Part shown: positions 60,202-64,000 of the stretch, piece by piece
How positions within the stretch are numbered: the first letter of the stretch is position 1
Layout of the letters: the number at the start of each line of letters is the position of its first letter
Origin: Pseudomonadales bacterium
Lineage (GTDB): Bacteria; Pseudomonadota; Gammaproteobacteria; Pseudomonadales; CAWVSB01
Assembly: GCA_036960375.1 (NCBI GenBank)
Contig: JBALVY010000001.1
Location: 716,906 to 780,905 of the forward strand
Length of the DNA: 64,000 bases
Direction of reading: 5' to 3'
Notes under the pieces: model-generated
What the model saw: the letters and a program-made list of their open reading frames with translations, nothing else
Told to the model about the DNA's origin: nothing
Databases searched by the model: none
Translations under genes and position numbers: made by a program

Positions 60202-61939
60202 AAACATAGCTGCCAGGAGCGGCAGCCAGATTTTTGTATTTACGGTTGCCCAAAGACTTGGGAGCAGTCTTTTTCTTGCCTGAGCGCGTGCTCAACCACT
60301 TATCCCAGTGGTCCCACCAGCTGCCGCTATTTTCTTTGGCGCCTTCAAGCCATTCGGCGGAAGTCTGCGGCAGTTGAGTATTGGTAAAATAGCGGGATTT
60401 TGGATTGCCGGGCGCGGCAACCAGGCTTTGAATATGGCCTGAATTACACATCACAAATTCAGCCTTGCCTTTGCCGTAGAGCAGACCGGATTTGTAACAC
60501 GACGTCCAGGGCGTGATGTGGTCGGTCATACCGCCTACCTGGAACAGGTCGACATCAACCGCTTTTAGATTAAGAGGCGTATCGCAGACGGACATAGCAC
60601 CCTCCTGGCTCAGAGGATCGTTGGCCATAAGGTCGATGAAATCTGAATGTAACTGTGCCGGCAGATTGGTGCTGTCATTATTCCAATACAGTACGTCGAA
60701 GGCGGGCGGCTTATTTCCCATCAAGTAATTGTTTGCAACATAGTTCCAGACCAGATCGTTCGGTCGCATCCAGCTAAAAGTGGAGGCCAGTTCTTTACCG
60801 GAGAGTATGCCCTTTTTCTTTGACTTGGCACGCACCCGCTCTAGTGCTGCGGCGTTGGTAAACATACCTAAATCGTTCTCGGCCAGTTGCTGACTTAATA
60901 CGCAGACCAATAGCGTGACGGAGTTAATGGGCGAGTTGCCCAGTGCGTCCAAATGTGCGGTTAAAATACTCGCGGTAATACCGCCAGAGCAAGGCCCCAT
61001 CAGATTGATTTTCTCTGATTTGGAAACATTTTGGACCGCGATGATGGCTTCTTTGAGGGCGCTGATATATTCATCGAGTCCCCAATGTCGCATGGCCTCG
61101 GTAGGGTTGCGCCAGCTGACCATAAATATTTGATGGCCAAGGCCGGTCATGTGCTGAATCATGCTCTTTTCGGGCGTAAGATCCATAAAGTAGAACTTAT
61201 TGATTTGTGGCGGGAGGACCATAATCGGGGTGCTATACACTTCGCTGGTGCGCGGGCTGTATTGAATCAGCTCCAGAAAGTCATTACGAAATACAACGGC
61301 ACCTTCTGAACAGGCCAGGTTTTCACCGACATCGAATTTACTTTTATCTACCTGTGCTGGCATGCCACCATTGTTCTCGACGTCGTCGAGAAAATTGATA
61401 ACGCCATTAATAAGGCTGCGACCACCGGTATCGAGTATGCGACGTGCGGCGGCGGGATTACCCAGTAGGCTATTGGTGGGGGCAGTGGCATCCGCCAGCA
61501 TGTTAAGAATAAACTGCGCGCGTTTCACGCCGTTTTCACTCAGGTCAGTATCTGCCACCCAGTTAAGGACGGCCTCTTGCCAGGCCAGATGGCTCTGCAT
61601 CCAAATTTTGTAAACAGGGTTACCCGAAAATGCCGGGTCAGCGTAACGGCGGTCTTTTTTATCCGGCGCAATGCCAGAGTTACCCGCAACAATATCAACC
61701 AACTCTGCTGTTAACTTTGCCGTGTGTTTGGCAAATATCGTTGGTTGCTTGAGCATCTGGAATGCGGTGGAGCCCACGGCTCTGAATATCTGATTACGAT
61801 TGACGCCAATAACCGGGTTAAGGGCTACGGTACTTTCTGCTGCGTCCTCAGCCACGGCAGTGCGTGCTTCTTGGCGCACTTGTTCAAGCTGTTCCGCAAT
61901 ATGTGATTTGGCCATGTTTGAGTCCTGTCGTGGTGTCAT
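60194..61939 (-). CDS. phaC: Class II-like PHA synthase
   Basis: PPQINKFY..DL, SWRNP, catalytic GPCSGG, WMRPNDLVWNY, DHITPW, SGHIQ, GSWW and APGSYV motifs. Confidence 0.94.
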   Translation of the reverse strand: MTPRQDSNMAKSHIAEQLEQVRQEARTAVAEDAAESTVALNPVIGVNRNQIFRAVGSTAFQMLKQPTIFAKHTAKLTAELVDIVAGNSGIAPDKKDRRYADPAFSGNPVYKIWMQSHLAWQEAVLNWVADTDLSENGVKRAQFILNMLADATAPTNSLLGNPAAARRILDTGGRSLINGVINFLDDVENNGGMPAQVDKSKFDVGENLACSEGAVVFRNDFLELIQYSPRTSEVYSTPIMVLPPQINKFYFMDLTPEKSMIQHMTGLGHQIFMVSWRNPTEAMRHWGLDEYISALKEAIIAVQNVSKSEKINLMGPCSGGITASILTAHLDALGNSPINSVTLLVCVLSQQLAENDLGMFTNAAALERVRAKSKKKGILSGKELASTFSWMRPNDLVWNYVANNYLMGNKPPAFDVLYWNNDSTNLPAQLHSDFIDLMANDPLSQEGAMSVCDTPLNLKAVDVDLFQVGGMTDHITPWTSCYKSGLLYGKGKAEFVMCNSGHIQSLVAAPGNPKSRYFTNTQLPQTSAEWLEGAKENSGSWWDHWDKWLSTRSGKKKTAPKSLGNRKYKNLAAAPGSYVYE

Positions 61940-61952
61940 TATGTGTTTCTAT

Positions 61953-63695
61953 TTAAAAGCTGTCTTCAGCCAGTTCCATTACGCTGCCGGTGCCGGTTTT
62001 GATGATGGCCAGATGCGAGCTGGTTCTTGGTAGTAGGTGATCGGCATAGAACTGACAGGTAATAAGCTTGTTTTTGGCGAACGGACTGTCGTCGCCTTGG
62101 GCTGCCAGAGCTGCGCGTGCCATCTGCCATCCACCGGTCACATAGCCTGCCAGCATAAGAAGATTAAATGCCACCGTTTCGGGTACCTGGTCTGTCTGGG
62201 CATTGTCAGCTATCCAGCTCACTGCGTCTTTCAGTTCTTGCAGGCCCTGGTTAAAGGCCGATGCCTGGCTGGCCAAACTATCAATAGAGCTTATGTCTGC
62301 TGCGGTAATATCCATGTCGGCAATCAGCGCGGTCATGGCCTTGCCGCCATCGCGGAGAAACTTTCGGCCAACAAGGTCTAGAGCCTGAATACCGTTAGTA
62401 CCCTCATAGATAGCCAAAATTCGGCCATCGCGGTAATACTGTGCTGCACCAGTTTCTTCTATAAAACCCATGCCTCCATGTACTTGCACACCGAGCGAAG
62501 TGATTTCATTAATCATTTCGGTACACCAGCCTTTTACGATAGGCGTCATGACATCGACTCGTTGTTGCGCAGACGCAACTGCATTGGCATCGGGGCTTCG
62601 GCTAACGACATCTTGCGCACCTATGGTGGTAAAGGTGATTGCGCGCATAGCCTCGGTACTGGCGCGCATCAGCATCAGCATACGGCGTACATCGGGGTAG
62701 TTGATAATGGTTAATCCGTTACCCTGTACGCGATCCTTGGCGTAGAAAGCCGCGTGCTGGTAAGCCCGCTCACCCAGTGCGACACCCTGCAATCCGACGT
62801 TGAGCCGGGCATGGTTCATCATGGTGAACATATAAGAAAGGCCTTTGTTTTCTTCTCCTACCAGGTAGCCTGCGGCACCGCCATTGTCGCCAAAACTCAT
62901 AACGCAGGTTGGACTGCCGTGTATACCCAGTTTGTGTTCAAGGGAAACAGCATAGGCATCGTTACGCTCTCCAAGAGAGCCGTCGCTATTGACCATAAAC
63001 TTGGGTACCACAAATAGCGATATGCCTTTGGTGCCTGCCGGTGCGTCGGGCAGGCGTGCGAGTACCAGGTGTACGATATTATCTGTCATATCGTGATCAC
63101 CCCAGGTGATAAATATTTTCTGCCCGCTGATCAGGTAATGATCACCATTGGGCTCGGCCTTGGTGCGCACGGCGGCCAGGTCGGAACCCGCTTGTGATTC
63201 GGTCAGGTTCATGGTGCCGGCCCATTCGCCACTGACCATTTTGTGCAGGTAGGTTTCTTTCAATTGGTCGGAGCCATGGCTTCTAACAGCGGCTAATGCG
63301 CCTTGGCCAAGCATGGGGCATAGCGCGAATGACAAATTGGCGCCTTGCACCATTTCCATTACCGCAATTTCGAGTAAGTGAGGCAGGCCCTGGCCGCCAA
63401 ATTCGGGGTCACAACCCAAGCTGGGCCAACCTTGATCGACATATTGCTGATAGGCTTCGCCAAAGCCGGGAGATGGTATGACGGCATTGTTTTCTATCCG
63501 TGCGCCCTGTTCGTCGCCGACCAGATTTAACGGTGCCAATACCTCGCCGGTGAAGGCTGCGGCGCCTTCCAATATTGCATCTACCAAATCTTCGCTTGCC
63601 TCTTCGTAGCCGGGCAGCTGCGAGATGGCTTCGATGTCGCAAAGTTGCTTCAGGACAAATTGCTGGTCGCTTGCTGGTGCGTTGTAGTCGCTCAT
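61953..63695 (-). CDS. Acyl-CoA dehydrogenase (about 580-aa class)
   Basis: TMNLTESQAGSD, GQKIFITWG, EHKLGIHGSPT, QVHGGMGF and IYEGTNGIQ motifs. Confidence 0.95.
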   Translation of the reverse strand: MSDYNAPASDQQFVLKQLCDIEAISQLPGYEEASEDLVDAILEGAAAFTGEVLAPLNLVGDEQGARIENNAVIPSPGFGEAYQQYVDQGWPSLGCDPEFGGQGLPHLLEIAVMEMVQGANLSFALCPMLGQGALAAVRSHGSDQLKETYLHKMVSGEWAGTMNLTESQAGSDLAAVRTKAEPNGDHYLISGQKIFITWGDHDMTDNIVHLVLARLPDAPAGTKGISLFVVPKFMVNSDGSLGERNDAYAVSLEHKLGIHGSPTCVMSFGDNGGAAGYLVGEENKGLSYMFTMMNHARLNVGLQGVALGERAYQHAAFYAKDRVQGNGLTIINYPDVRRMLMLMRASTEAMRAITFTTIGAQDVVSRSPDANAVASAQQRVDVMTPIVKGWCTEMINEITSLGVQVHGGMGFIEETGAAQYYRDGRILAIYEGTNGIQALDLVGRKFLRDGGKAMTALIADMDITAADISSIDSLASQASAFNQGLQELKDAVSWIADNAQTDQVPETVAFNLLMLAGYVTGGWQMARAALAAQGDDSPFAKNKLITCQFYADHLLPRTSSHLAIIKTGTGSVMELAEDSF

Positions 63696-64000
63696 AGGGA
63701 GTCTCCAAAATGGCCGGTAATGTTGATTTCTATCGTTTCTGTATGGTGTGTTTCAGTCGTAATGCCGTACTGGCACTCTTTCAGGCGAAAACATCTTTTC
63801 TTTGTTCGCAAGGCGTAATGCCTGATAACTACTAGCCCGGAGGGCAAGGTAATGTTGTTGGCAGCGCAAATTAACAAGCAGCAATTATAGTCTAATCAGC
63901 GCAAAAAGTGATTCTCGGTTCAGGCCAAAAATTAACCGCTTTGGCCTAAAAAGCTATATTTGTCAGTACCGAAAGGCAGAAGTGGGGCTCTAATCTCCCG

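Noticed and set aside
63692-63877. 61-aa ORF upstream of the acyl-CoA dehydrogenase
   Set aside because: Weak start and no recognisable features; more likely promoter or leader sequence.
1-64000. CRISPR array, tRNA/rRNA, IS element, integrase or prophage
   Set aside because: No spaced direct repeats, cloverleaf-like sequences or recombinase/phage motifs were seen by eye; intergenic regions are short.

Overview
Gene-dense window of roughly 50% GC from a marine-type gammaproteobacterium. The Pseudomonas-like synteny suggests Cellvibrionales or a relative, which is inference only. Most of it is core genome: crp/vfr-osmC-coq7; purD-purH-fis-dusB-DUF3426-prmA-accC-accB-aroQ-dsbD; polB; mrcB with an LpoP-like lipoprotein; split class II RNR nrdJa/nrdJb; hemL-hemJ-ClC-argC-erpA; recQ. 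Small accessory blocks are interspersed: a cytochrome c-fused PQQ dehydrogenase, a puuA/puuB-like pair, fhs with a lipid kinase, a DUF2868/DUF3482 membrane GTPase pair, a Tat-exported DUF1214 protein with a DUF3604 lipoprotein and MFS, and acyl-CoA dehydrogenase-phaC-phaZ. I found no rRNA, tRNA, CRISPR array, transposase, integrase or phage gene. No clearly new system can be proven from the sequence. The best candidates are the DUF2868/DUF3482 pair, the DUF1214/DUF3604 block, the lipoprotein-PCuAC-DUF2333-YajG-polB run and a GGM-tailed protein upstream of recQ. All family assignments come from motif recognition by eye, not database searches.
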